NCBI GenBank assembly: GCA_035525975.1
Contig: DATLDF010000041.1
Coordinates: 1,648 to 65,647 of the forward strand
Source: Gemmatimonadaceae bacterium
Lineage (GTDB): Bacteria; Gemmatimonadota; Gemmatimonadetes; Gemmatimonadales; Gemmatimonadaceae
Direction: 5' to 3'
Length of the DNA: 64,000 nucleotides
Positions 19,728 through 28,255 of this stretch are shown here, piece after piece. Every line of letters begins with the position of its first letter. Positions within the stretch are counted from its first letter, which is position 1. The translations under genes and the position numbers were made by a program. Below the pieces are notes generated by a model. The model worked only from the letters and a program-made list of their open reading frames with translations, was not told where the DNA came from and searched no databases.

Positions 19728-21679
19728 CAGGCACTCCTGCAGTCGTGGCGGACACGATTGTCCTGAATGACGAAGACATCCGCACAGCTGCCGAGCTCGA
19801 GAAGTCCTGGCGCAATCCCCCGGGGCTGATCGGCTGGCTCAAGTCCACCAGTCACACCTCGCTCGGCAAACGCTACATCGTAACCACGTTCGTCTTCTTC
19901 CTTCTCGGCGGACTGGAAGCTGGTGCGATGAGGCTCCAACTGTCACGTCCTGAGAACTCGTGGATCGGGCCGGATCTATACAACCAGATTTTCACGATGC
20001 ACGGGACGACGATGATGTTCCTCTTCGCCGTGCCGGTGATGACGGCCGTCGGCCTGTACTTCGTTCCTCTGATGGTCGGGACCAGAAATGTTTCTTTCCC
20101 GCGCCTCAACCAGTACGGATACTACGCATACGTCGTCGGTGGAGTCTTTCTGTACGTCGCGTTCATCCTGAACACCGGACCCGACGCCGGCTGGTTCTCC
20201 TACGTGCCACTCGCGGGCCCGCAGTACAGTCCCGGCAAGCGTGTCGATGTCTGGGCGCAGACGGTGACTTTCACCGAGATCGCCGGACTCATCGCTGCCG
20301 TGAACATCATCGTCACAGCTTTCAAGCAGCGCGCTCCGGGAATGTCGCTCAACCGCATTCCGCTGTTCGTGTGGTCGATGCTCGTCATGTCCTTCATGAT
20401 CATCTTCGCCATGCCATGGGTCGCCACTGCGAGTCAGATGCTGGCAATGGACCGCCTTCTCGATACTCACTTCTTCAATCAGGCAGAGGGCGGCGATCCG
20501 ATACTGTGGCAGCATCTGTTCTGGTTTTTCGCGCACCCGGAGGTGTACATCATCTTCATCCCCGCTCTGGGAATGGTGTCAGCGATCGTAGAGACTTTTA
20601 CACGCCGGCCAATCTTTGGTTATCCGGTGATGGTGATGTCGCTGATAACCACGGGCTTCATGGGTTTTGGCCTGTGGGTGCATCACATGTTCGCCACGCC
20701 CGTTCCGCAACTGGGCCAGAGTTTCTTTACCGCGGCAAGCACGATCATCGCGATTCCCACAGGGGTTCAGATATTCTGCTGGATCGCAACCATCTGGTCA
20801 GGTAAGCCGGAGTACAGGACGCCATTTCTTTTCGTACTGGGATTCATGTTCACCTTCATCATCGGTGGACTCACTGGCGTGATGGTAGCATCGGTTCCCT
20901 TCGATCTGCAGGCGCACGACACCTACTTCGTTGTCGCCCATCTGCATTACGTGCTCATTGGTGGCGGGTTGTTTCCTCTCTTCGGCGCTTTCTACTACTG
21001 GTTTCCCAAGATCACCGGCAGGATGCTGAGCGAGCGGCTTGGCAAATGGAATTTCTGGCTCTTCTTGACTGGTGTGAATGTCACCTTCTTTCCGATGCAT
21101 GTGCTCGGGCTGAACGGGATGACGCGGCGCATCTACACCTATCTGCCTGAAACCGGCTGGGGCGCATTGAATCTCGTGTCGTCGCTCGGTGCGGTCGTCA
21201 TCGTTACCAGCGTTGCGATATTCATCTTCAACGTCTTCTACAGTCTGAAGCGTGGCGTGGTTGCCGGCGACAATCCGTGGGGTGCGGCGACTCTGGAGTG
21301 GGCAACGCAGTCTCCGCCGCCAAGTTACGTGTTCCTGCATGTACCGATTGTCGAGTCCGAGCACCCGCTTTGGACCGATTCACCCGAGCTGCCTGTAGTC
21401 ACCGGACTCCGCACGGACATCCGCGAGAACCTGATAACAACGCTCATGGACGCCGAGCCTGACCATCGTCAGGATTCACCGGAGCCTACCATCTGGCCGT
21501 TCCTCGCCGCGCTTGCGACAGGCGTCGAGTTCATTGTCGCCATTTTCACAGCCTGGGGCATTGTCATCGGGTCCGCACTTGTATTCCCCGCGTTTGTGCT
21601 GTGGGCATGGCCAGTAAAGAAAGAACAGCAGCATAGACTTGCGGCCGAGCAGGATCCACTTGCGAGGGCCGGGCAATGA
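19724..21679 (+). CDS. coxA: Heme-copper oxidase subunit I (A-family-like, altered proton channels)
   Basis: TMHG, WFFAHPEVY, WVHHMF, HDTYFVVAHLHY. Confidence 0.92.
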   Translation: MTGTPAVVADTIVLNDEDIRTAAELEKSWRNPPGLIGWLKSTSHTSLGKRYIVTTFVFFLLGGLEAGAMRLQLSRPENSWIGPDLYNQIFTMHGTTMMFLFAVPVMTAVGLYFVPLMVGTRNVSFPRLNQYGYYAYVVGGVFLYVAFILNTGPDAGWFSYVPLAGPQYSPGKRVDVWAQTVTFTEIAGLIAAVNIIVTAFKQRAPGMSLNRIPLFVWSMLVMSFMIIFAMPWVATASQMLAMDRLLDTHFFNQAEGGDPILWQHLFWFFAHPEVYIIFIPALGMVSAIVETFTRRPIFGYPVMVMSLITTGFMGFGLWVHHMFATPVPQLGQSFFTAASTIIAIPTGVQIFCWIATIWSGKPEYRTPFLFVLGFMFTFIIGGLTGVMVASVPFDLQAHDTYFVVAHLHYVLIGGGLFPLFGAFYYWFPKITGRMLSERLGKWNFWLFLTGVNVTFFPMHVLGLNGMTRRIYTYLPETGWGALNLVSSLGAVVIVTSVAIFIFNVFYSLKRGVVAGDNPWGAATLEWATQSPPPSYVFLHVPIVESEHPLWTDSPELPVVTGLRTDIRENLITTLMDAEPDHRQDSPEPTIWPFLAALATGVEFIVAIFTAWGIVIGSALVFPAFVLWAWPVKKEQQHRLAAEQDPLARAGQ

Positions 21680-22284
21680 AACGGTATCGTCCGCTGATCG
21701 ATGTGTCCGCCCTCCCGACTTTCACGTTCGGCAGGAGCGCGATCACCTGGTGGGGAACCCTCTGCTATATGGTAATCGAGGGAATGAGCCTGGTTGTCTG
21801 TCTCGTGACGTACCTGTATCTGCGGAAGAATGTCTACCACTGGCCGCCGCCTCCGACGAGTCTGCCGGGCGTGTTACTTCCGGGCATCGGCGCGGCATTT
21901 CTCGCATCAACGAACATTGCGAACTACTGGCTGCATCAGGTGGCCCGACGACTCGATGTCCAGAAGACAAGAATCGGCTTCCTGATTATTTCGGTTCTCG
22001 GTGCAGCGGCGATCGTCTTCAGAGTCTACGACTTTCGCCAGCTCAACACTCACTGGGACAGCAACGCGTACTCCTCTGCTGCCTGGGTGACAGTAGGGTT
22101 TCACACGGCGCTTCTGGTATTCGAGGTAGTCGAGACGTGGGTCTTCACTGCGTTGATGTGGTTCGGGCCCGTCGAAGGAAAGCATTTCTCGGACGCCGAT
22201 GACAACTGCCTTTACTGGTACTTCATGTCATTGGTCTGGCTGCCAGTTTACTTCTTCATTTATTGGTCTCCGAGGTTGATGTGA
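21676..22284 (+). CDS. Cytochrome c oxidase subunit III-like protein
   Basis: NAYSSAAW..GFH, LYWYFMSLVW; five TM segments. Confidence 0.8.
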   Translation: MKRYRPLIDVSALPTFTFGRSAITWWGTLCYMVIEGMSLVVCLVTYLYLRKNVYHWPPPPTSLPGVLLPGIGAAFLASTNIANYWLHQVARRLDVQKTRIGFLIISVLGAAAIVFRVYDFRQLNTHWDSNAYSSAAWVTVGFHTALLVFEVVETWVFTALMWFGPVEGKHFSDADDNCLYWYFMSLVWLPVYFFIYWSPRLM

Positions 22285-22673
22285 AACCCCAGACTGATAA
22301 TCCGCTTGATAGAATTCCGGAGTCTCCGACCCCAGCCGTAGGAATCTGGTTCGCCCTGATTGGTCCGCCCACCACCGCTCTGCTTCACGTGCAGATGAGC
22401 TACGCGCTCGAGCACGTTGCATGTTCGACCGGTTCCAGGATGGGCATCCATGCGTACACGTTGCTCTCACTTCTGATAATCGGTTGGGCTGGACTGATTG
22501 CCCGTCGCCACTGGATAGCAGCGGGCGCGGATGACCCTGGCCAACTCCCCGGACCCGTTGGAACGATTCGCCTGATGGCCCTCCTGGGAATGATCGGGTC
22601 AGGAATTTTTACACTGTTCGTGCTGGCTCAATGGTTCCCCAACGTCATGCTGCCGGTGTGCATTAGAACATGA
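22281..22673 (+). CDS. Small membrane protein of the cox operon
   Basis: Three hydrophobic segments; 4-bp overlaps with both neighbours. Confidence 0.6.
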   Translation: MKPQTDNPLDRIPESPTPAVGIWFALIGPPTTALLHVQMSYALEHVACSTGSRMGIHAYTLLSLLIIGWAGLIARRHWIAAGADDPGQLPGPVGTIRLMALLGMIGSGIFTLFVLAQWFPNVMLPVCIRT

Positions 22674-25639
22674 TGCTGCTTCACGCCGGGGCCCCTATTG
22701 CGCCTCATGATCTCTGGCCGTCGTGGACTTTCGAGCCCGGGGTTGTCGCGGGCCTGGGACTGACTCTGGCGCTCCATACGCTCGGAGCGCGGCGCATGGC
22801 CCGTCTCTCGACGCGACACACGGCGGATGTCAGGAAGGAACAGCTTTTTTTCCTGAGCGGAATGATTGTAACCGCCGTTGCGTTGATCTCGCCTCTTCAC
22901 CGGCTCGGCGGCGTTCTCTTTTCGGCGCACATGGTGCAGCACGAGCTCCTGATGGCGATTGCGGCGCCGCTGCTCGTTCTCGGAAGGCCACTCGTTCCGC
23001 TGCTCTGGTCTTTTCCTCTCGCAGTACGCAAGGCAGTTGGAATACCTGCGACGCGCGGCATAACGAAAACGATCTGGCGCGGCATTTCCAATCCATTTGC
23101 GGCGTGGTTCCTTCACGCGGCGGCGATCTGGATTTGGCATGCGCCGCGACTTTACGACGCGAGCGTCAGGAGTGAGCCGGTTCACATTGCGCAGCATTTG
23201 AGCTTCGTCGTCACCGCAATTCTGTTTTGGTGGTCGATTCTACAACCGGGGGCTCACGTTCGTGGCGGCGTCGGGATCATTTCGCTCTTTACGACAGGTC
23301 TGCATACGACGCTGCTGGGTGCGTCGATCACGATTGCCGATCGCCCACTTTACTCTGCCTACAACGCAGCGGGAACGAACCTCTGGGGCCTGAGTCCGCT
23401 CTCCGACCAACAGCTCGGCGGGCTCATCATGTGGGTCCCGGCAGGCGCTGTGTATCTGGGGATAGCGCTTCATCTATTCATCGGCTGGATAAAAGAGTCC
23501 GGTGAGCGTGTCCAAAAGGCGGAAAGCATCCGACGGGTGGCCGCGAGCGCAGGCCGCGCGATGTATTTGGTGATCCTTGCAGGGAGTCTCGCCGCGCCGA
23601 TGTCCCTTATCGCGCAGCAGGATACAGCGCGCCTGGCGCCAGTGGTTGTCACCGTTACCCGCGGACAAGGCACATCGGTATTGGAGAGTCCGTTTGCGCT
23701 GAGCGTGGTTCGACCTGACAGCTCACGGCCCGGCCAGCGACACACGGCAATTGACGAAACGTTGTCACTGCTTCCGGGCGTTGCTGTGACGAACCGCAAC
23801 AATCCATCGCAGGACGCACGCTTGTCGATTCGAGGATTCGGCGCGCGCTCGACGTTTGGTGTTCGCGGAGTGCGCGTGCTTCGTGATGGCATGCCGCTGA
23901 CTCTTCCGGATGGACAGACCCCGCTGGATTACCTGAGTCTCGAATCCGTCGGACGAATTGAAGTCATGCGCGGTGCGGCGTCCGCGCTTTACGGCAACGC
24001 CAGTGGAGGAGTGATCGACATTCGATCTGCACCGCCTGCGGCGTCGCCGTTCGTCGCAAGTGGTAGTCAGCTGGCTGGAAACAACAGTTTCCTTCGCGCG
24101 GTAATCGATGCAAGCGGCACCAGCGGCTCCGCAACCTACCTCGGCGACGTCGCCTATTCGCGCAGCGATGGAACGCGTGCACACTCTCGCCAGCGGGCGA
24201 CGACTGCCTTTGGGCGCGCGGGATTCTTAATCGGCTCGACCGATGTCAGCGCGACAGTGCTTGCCCTCAACAATCCGATGGCGGAAAACCCGGGAGCCCT
24301 GACCATCGACGAGCTGAATGCGGACCCAACTCAGGCTGATGCGCTTTCCGTTCGTCGCAATGCTCGAAAGGCGGTTCATCAGATTCAGGTTGGACTATCT
24401 GCGGACAGGTCGTGGACAAGCGGAAGCGCGACCGTCTCCGCATTCGGGGGAGCGAGATCTCTCGACAACCCGCTGACGTTCGCTGTCGTCGAAGTGGGGC
24501 GTCACAGTTACGGAGCGAGCGCGCGGATGTCTCAGCATGCGCCGTTAAGCGGACTCGACAACCGCGTGTCGGCGGGAATCGACTTTCAATCGCAGAATGA
24601 TTTGCGGCGTAACTTCGCCGTGTGTGCCGACACTGTTCCGCGGACGTCGCCGACCGCGACGTGTCCGTCGGTCACGAGTGGCCGAGGGGTGGTCACCCTC
24701 GATCAGCGAGAGCTCGTCTCCAGCGCCGGAGGTTATCTGAGCGATGAGTTGTCGCTCGGTGAGCGTGTGGCGGTAACGGCTGCAGTGCGCGCGGACAATG
24801 TTCGGTTCAAGGTGAAAGACCGGCTCATCACCCAAAGCAATCCTGATGACTCAGGCCGGCGCTCGATGGCTGCCATCACGCCGATTCTCGGAGCCCTGGT
24901 TCGTCTCACCCCGACGCATTCGCTTTACGCCAACCTTGCTGGCGCGTTCGAGACGCCAACCGCGACGGAGCTGGGGAATCATCCGGACGGAACAGCTGGA
25001 ATCAACCCTGACCTCGAACCGCAGCGATCGACTACAGCAGAGTTTGGCGCCAAGGGATTCATCGGCACGTACGCGCGCTATGACGCCGCGGTGTTCTCGA
25101 CGAGCGTGAGAGACGAGCTCGTGCCCTTCGAGATTCCAAACAGCAGCGGCCGTCGCTATTTCAGAAACGCCGGGCGAACAAGACGACGCGGCGCAGAGGC
25201 AGGCGTTGACGTATCGAGCGGGCCGTGGTCAGTGATGGGCGCCTACAGCTATTCCAATTTCCGCTTCGTATCGTTTACGAGCGCCGGTATTGTCTACGAC
25301 GACAACACGATTCCGGGCGTTCCGGCGCACCACTGGCAAACCGCGGTGAAGTTCTCAAACCCGCTGGGCTTCGCTGTCGCAGAGGGCGAGGGTGCGACCC
25401 GGGTTCTGCTCAACGACGCGAATAACTCGACAGGGCCCGGGTATGCTGTCGCGAATTTCAGAATCGGCACAGCCCCCATCCGCCGCCTATCGCGGCTCTC
25501 GGCCAGCGCCGGCGTCCAGAATGTTTTCGACCGGCACTACGCTGCGTCGATTGCCGTGAACGCGGCGCGAGCGAAGTTCTTCGAGCCGGCAGCGACGCGA
25601 AACTTTTTCGTTGCACTGAGCCTGACTTCCGGGCGCTAG
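22670..25639 (+). CDS. In-frame fusion: caa3 assembly factor CtaG (~aa 1-280) + TonB-dependent receptor of PqqU/YncD type
   Basis: FSAHMVQHELL, WHAP, DQQLGGLIMWVP (CtaG); then internal signal peptide, TonB box LAPVVVT, SIRGFGARSTFGVRG, SALYGNASGGVI, FETPT, RNAG. Confidence 0.8.
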   Translation: MMLLHAGAPIAPHDLWPSWTFEPGVVAGLGLTLALHTLGARRMARLSTRHTADVRKEQLFFLSGMIVTAVALISPLHRLGGVLFSAHMVQHELLMAIAAPLLVLGRPLVPLLWSFPLAVRKAVGIPATRGITKTIWRGISNPFAAWFLHAAAIWIWHAPRLYDASVRSEPVHIAQHLSFVVTAILFWWSILQPGAHVRGGVGIISLFTTGLHTTLLGASITIADRPLYSAYNAAGTNLWGLSPLSDQQLGGLIMWVPAGAVYLGIALHLFIGWIKESGERVQKAESIRRVAASAGRAMYLVILAGSLAAPMSLIAQQDTARLAPVVVTVTRGQGTSVLESPFALSVVRPDSSRPGQRHTAIDETLSLLPGVAVTNRNNPSQDARLSIRGFGARSTFGVRGVRVLRDGMPLTLPDGQTPLDYLSLESVGRIEVMRGAASALYGNASGGVIDIRSAPPAASPFVASGSQLAGNNSFLRAVIDASGTSGSATYLGDVAYSRSDGTRAHSRQRATTAFGRAGFLIGSTDVSATVLALNNPMAENPGALTIDELNADPTQADALSVRRNARKAVHQIQVGLSADRSWTSGSATVSAFGGARSLDNPLTFAVVEVGRHSYGASARMSQHAPLSGLDNRVSAGIDFQSQNDLRRNFAVCADTVPRTSPTATCPSVTSGRGVVTLDQRELVSSAGGYLSDELSLGERVAVTAAVRADNVRFKVKDRLITQSNPDDSGRRSMAAITPILGALVRLTPTHSLYANLAGAFETPTATELGNHPDGTAGINPDLEPQRSTTAEFGAKGFIGTYARYDAAVFSTSVRDELVPFEIPNSSGRRYFRNAGRTRRRGAEAGVDVSSGPWSVMGAYSYSNFRFVSFTSAGIVYDDNTIPGVPAHHWQTAVKFSNPLGFAVAEGEGATRVLLNDANNSTGPGYAVANFRIGTAPIRRLSRLSASAGVQNVFDRHYAASIAVNAARAKFFEPAATRNFFVALSLTSGR

Positions 25640-25641
25640 AC

Positions 25642-25673
25642 AAAAAAAGGGCGCACCGAAGTGCGCCCTTTTT
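25642..25673. terminator. Bidirectional intrinsic terminator
   Basis: A7-GGGCGCAC-CGAA-GTGCGCCC-T5 between convergent genes. Confidence 0.85.
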
Positions 25674-25686
25674 CTCGTTGATCGTC

Positions 25687-26100
25687 TTAATGCATTCCGC
25701 CTGATTCTGAGCCGCCCGATCGCTGCGCGCTGCCACGCGATGACGACGGATCGCTCGACGTCCTCGAGCTTCCTGAGCGGCTGTCGCTGGTAGAACCACT
25801 CGATCCCGACGTTCCCGAATCGGACGACGAGCTCGAGCTTCCTGACGAGTAGTCGTCCGGACTTCCGGGCCGGTTTGCACTGATGTCTGAATCAGGCTCG
25901 TTGACGTTGGGATCATTGAACGACGAGCCTGTGTTCTGACTCGAGCCCTGCGATCCACGGCTTGGAGTGCTGCTCGATCCGCTCATGCCTGAAGTGCCGG
26001 AGCTTCGTGAGTCGCCCAGGCTGTTCGAGTCACGCGAGCTGCTCTCCGACGACTGTGAACTTTTCAGGTTGTCACTTTGCTTGTTTCGGTTGTTCGGCAT
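25687..26100 (-). CDS. Ser/Gly-rich low-complexity hydrophilic protein (137 aa)
   Basis: ATG at 26100 preceded by GGGAGG RBS; terminator downstream; sigma-54-like promoter upstream. Confidence 0.65.
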   Translation of the reverse strand: MPNNRNKQSDNLKSSQSSESSSRDSNSLGDSRSSGTSGMSGSSSTPSRGSQGSSQNTGSSFNDPNVNEPDSDISANRPGSPDDYSSGSSSSSSDSGTSGSSGSTSDSRSGSSRTSSDPSSSRGSAQRSGGSESGGMH

Positions 26101-26178
26101 ACATCCTCCCGCCCTTTCTGGGCGCACTGATATCAACTAAACGTTGCGGAGCAAGGCCTCCGCTGTGAATGAAGATTG

Positions 26179-26193
26179 GCAACATCTACGCCA
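26179..26193 (-). promoter_or_regulatory. Putative sigma-54 promoter of the Ser-rich gene
   Basis: Minus strand TGGCGTAGATGTTGC. Confidence 0.55.
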
Positions 26194-26231
26194 TTTGTAG
26201 TCACCCTGCTCGACGAAACCGGGGCAAAGTA

Positions 26232-26246
26232 AGGCACTAATTTTGC
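26232..26246 (+). promoter_or_regulatory. Putative sigma-54 promoter of the Nramp-like operon
   Basis: AGGCACTAATTTTGC = GG-N10-GC. Confidence 0.5.
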
Positions 26247-26292
26247 CAAATCTCATCGTCTTCCCGGAAAAATCCACGCTCAAGGCCCCGCG

Positions 26293-27507
26293 ATGAAAAA
26301 AATCATTCAGGTCGCTTTGGGCATCGTTACTGGCATCGGCGGATTCCTCGAGATCGGATCTGTCTCGACCTCAATTCAGGCCGGCGCGGCATTCGGCTAC
26401 AAGCTGATCTGGGCGCTGGTTGTCGGCATTGCGTGCCTCAGTTTCCTCATTGAGATGTCAGGACGCTTCGCGGCTGTCAGCAAACACACCGTTGTCAGTG
26501 GACTTCGCGATCGGTTCGGGTTCGGATTTTCCACTGTAGTGCTGAGCGGTGTTGCACTCGTGATCCTGCTTGTCCTGACGGCCGAGCTGGGCGGGGTCGC
26601 GCTTTCGATCGAGCTGATGACGGGAATCGGTTTTTCGTGGTGGACTCTTCCTGTCGTCTTCGTCGCGTGGCTCCTGATCTGGAAAACCAATCTCGACGTG
26701 CTCGAGGACGGATCATCGGTACTTGGACTCATCACTCTTTGCTTTGCTGTGGCCGTTCATCGTCTTCACCCGGATTGGGGCTCAGTAATGAGCGGCGCAG
26801 TTCCTTCACTGCCGTCAAATGACAAGGCTCACTACTGGTTCATCTGCGTGAGCATTCTCGGAGCGTCGATAACACCGTACCTGATGTATTTCTACTCATC
26901 CGGCGCCGTCGAGGACAAATGGGATGCCACCTGGCTGGGTGTAAACAAGATCATAGCGTTTGCCGGTATCGCGTTCGGTGGCTTGCTGGCGATTGCCGTT
27001 GTGATCGTCGCAGCAAATGTCCTCCTTCCGCAACACATTGCCGGCGACACTTTCGATCAGATGGCCGGAATGATGATGACGCCGTTTCCAAAGTGGGGCA
27101 AAGCGCTCTTTGCGGCATCGCTTGGAATCACGTGTCTCGGAGCTGCAACCGAGGTGGCGTTGTCGCTTTCCTACATCGTCGGTCAGGGGCTCGGCTGGAA
27201 CTCGACTGAGAACGCTCCTCCCGCGAAAGAGGCCCGCTTCAGCACGGTATACACGCTGGCGCTGGTTGTTGCCGCGCTTCCTCTTCTCGCAGGGCTCGAC
27301 CCTCTCAAAGTCACCAGCATGGCGATGGCTCTGACTGCCGCAACGCTCCCACTGGCCATAGTGCCATTCCTTGTACTGATGAACGATTCGCGATACCTCG
27401 AAGAACACACCAACGGTGTCATCAGCAACTCAGTTGTCGTCGTCGTGATGGTGATGTCGTTCGTCCTGGCGATCGTTTCCATACCACTTCAGATATTCGG
27501 CGGATGA
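26293..27507 (+). CDS. Nramp-like divalent metal transporter
   Basis: GGFLEIG, AGAAFGY, EMSGR, LGASITPY, ~11 TM. Confidence 0.78.
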   Translation: MKKIIQVALGIVTGIGGFLEIGSVSTSIQAGAAFGYKLIWALVVGIACLSFLIEMSGRFAAVSKHTVVSGLRDRFGFGFSTVVLSGVALVILLVLTAELGGVALSIELMTGIGFSWWTLPVVFVAWLLIWKTNLDVLEDGSSVLGLITLCFAVAVHRLHPDWGSVMSGAVPSLPSNDKAHYWFICVSILGASITPYLMYFYSSGAVEDKWDATWLGVNKIIAFAGIAFGGLLAIAVVIVAANVLLPQHIAGDTFDQMAGMMMTPFPKWGKALFAASLGITCLGAATEVALSLSYIVGQGLGWNSTENAPPAKEARFSTVYTLALVVAALPLLAGLDPLKVTSMAMALTAATLPLAIVPFLVLMNDSRYLEEHTNGVISNSVVVVVMVMSFVLAIVSIPLQIFGG

Positions 27508-27878
27508 GCTCGACGTTCTATGTAGTGCGCGACCTTCTCGACAAGAAGCTCATCGACAGTGGCAACACTCAGATGGGCAGAGTCGACGGAATAGTCCTCG
27601 AGTTTCCCCAGGGCGGGCAGCCCCGCCTGGTGCGCGTGGAAATTGGCGGAGAGATTCTCGCCATTCGCGTCGCCCGCTGGCTCATTCGCCCGACGCGATG
27701 GCTCCGTCAGCATTTCGGACCGAAGCGTGCTGCTCGCGTGAAGATCGAGTGGAGGCACGTGAAGCGCATGGGGCGCGACATTCACCTCGACATCGCCGCC
27801 GCCGAAACCGATGCCCTCGCCTGGGAGCGTTGGCTCTCGGACAGGATTGTGTCGCGAATTCCCGGCAGCAACTCATGA
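27504..27878 (+). CDS. PRC-barrel-like protein
   Basis: DLLDKKLIDSG..MGRVDG; ATGA overlap. Confidence 0.6.
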   Translation: MSSTFYVVRDLLDKKLIDSGNTQMGRVDGIVLEFPQGGQPRLVRVEIGGEILAIRVARWLIRPTRWLRQHFGPKRAARVKIEWRHVKRMGRDIHLDIAAAETDALAWERWLSDRIVSRIPGSNS

Positions 27879-28195
27879 GAGAGCTCAACCTCTACGAGCT
27901 ACTCGGCCGCAAGGTCTGCGACGCGAACGACGAGTACGCCGGATGCATTGAAGAGATCGAAGTTGAACGCGGCGACGAGAAGTGCGCGGTAAAGTGCTAT
28001 CTCGTGGCCCATCGCGGCCTGATCGCGCGGATCACATCGTGGGCTATCGCCGATTCGCTTCAAAAAGCCATTCCGGTCAGCGAGAAATCGCTTCCATATC
28101 GAGTCCCCTGGAATCAGATGGACCTGACCGTCACTGAGCACCCGCGCATCACGGTCGCGCAGGCGGAGTTGAGAAAGGCCCGGTCCGAGGGATAG
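27875..28195 (+). CDS. PRC-barrel-like protein
   Basis: LLGRKVCDAN..GCIEEI, YRVPW; ATGA overlap. Confidence 0.6.
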   Translation: MRELNLYELLGRKVCDANDEYAGCIEEIEVERGDEKCAVKCYLVAHRGLIARITSWAIADSLQKAIPVSEKSLPYRVPWNQMDLTVTEHPRITVAQAELRKARSEG

Positions 28196-28255
28196 CCCGT
28201 CGAACGAGTTGGCCGACTAAATGCGCTTGAGCTGGCCTATGCAAACCCCCGCGAA

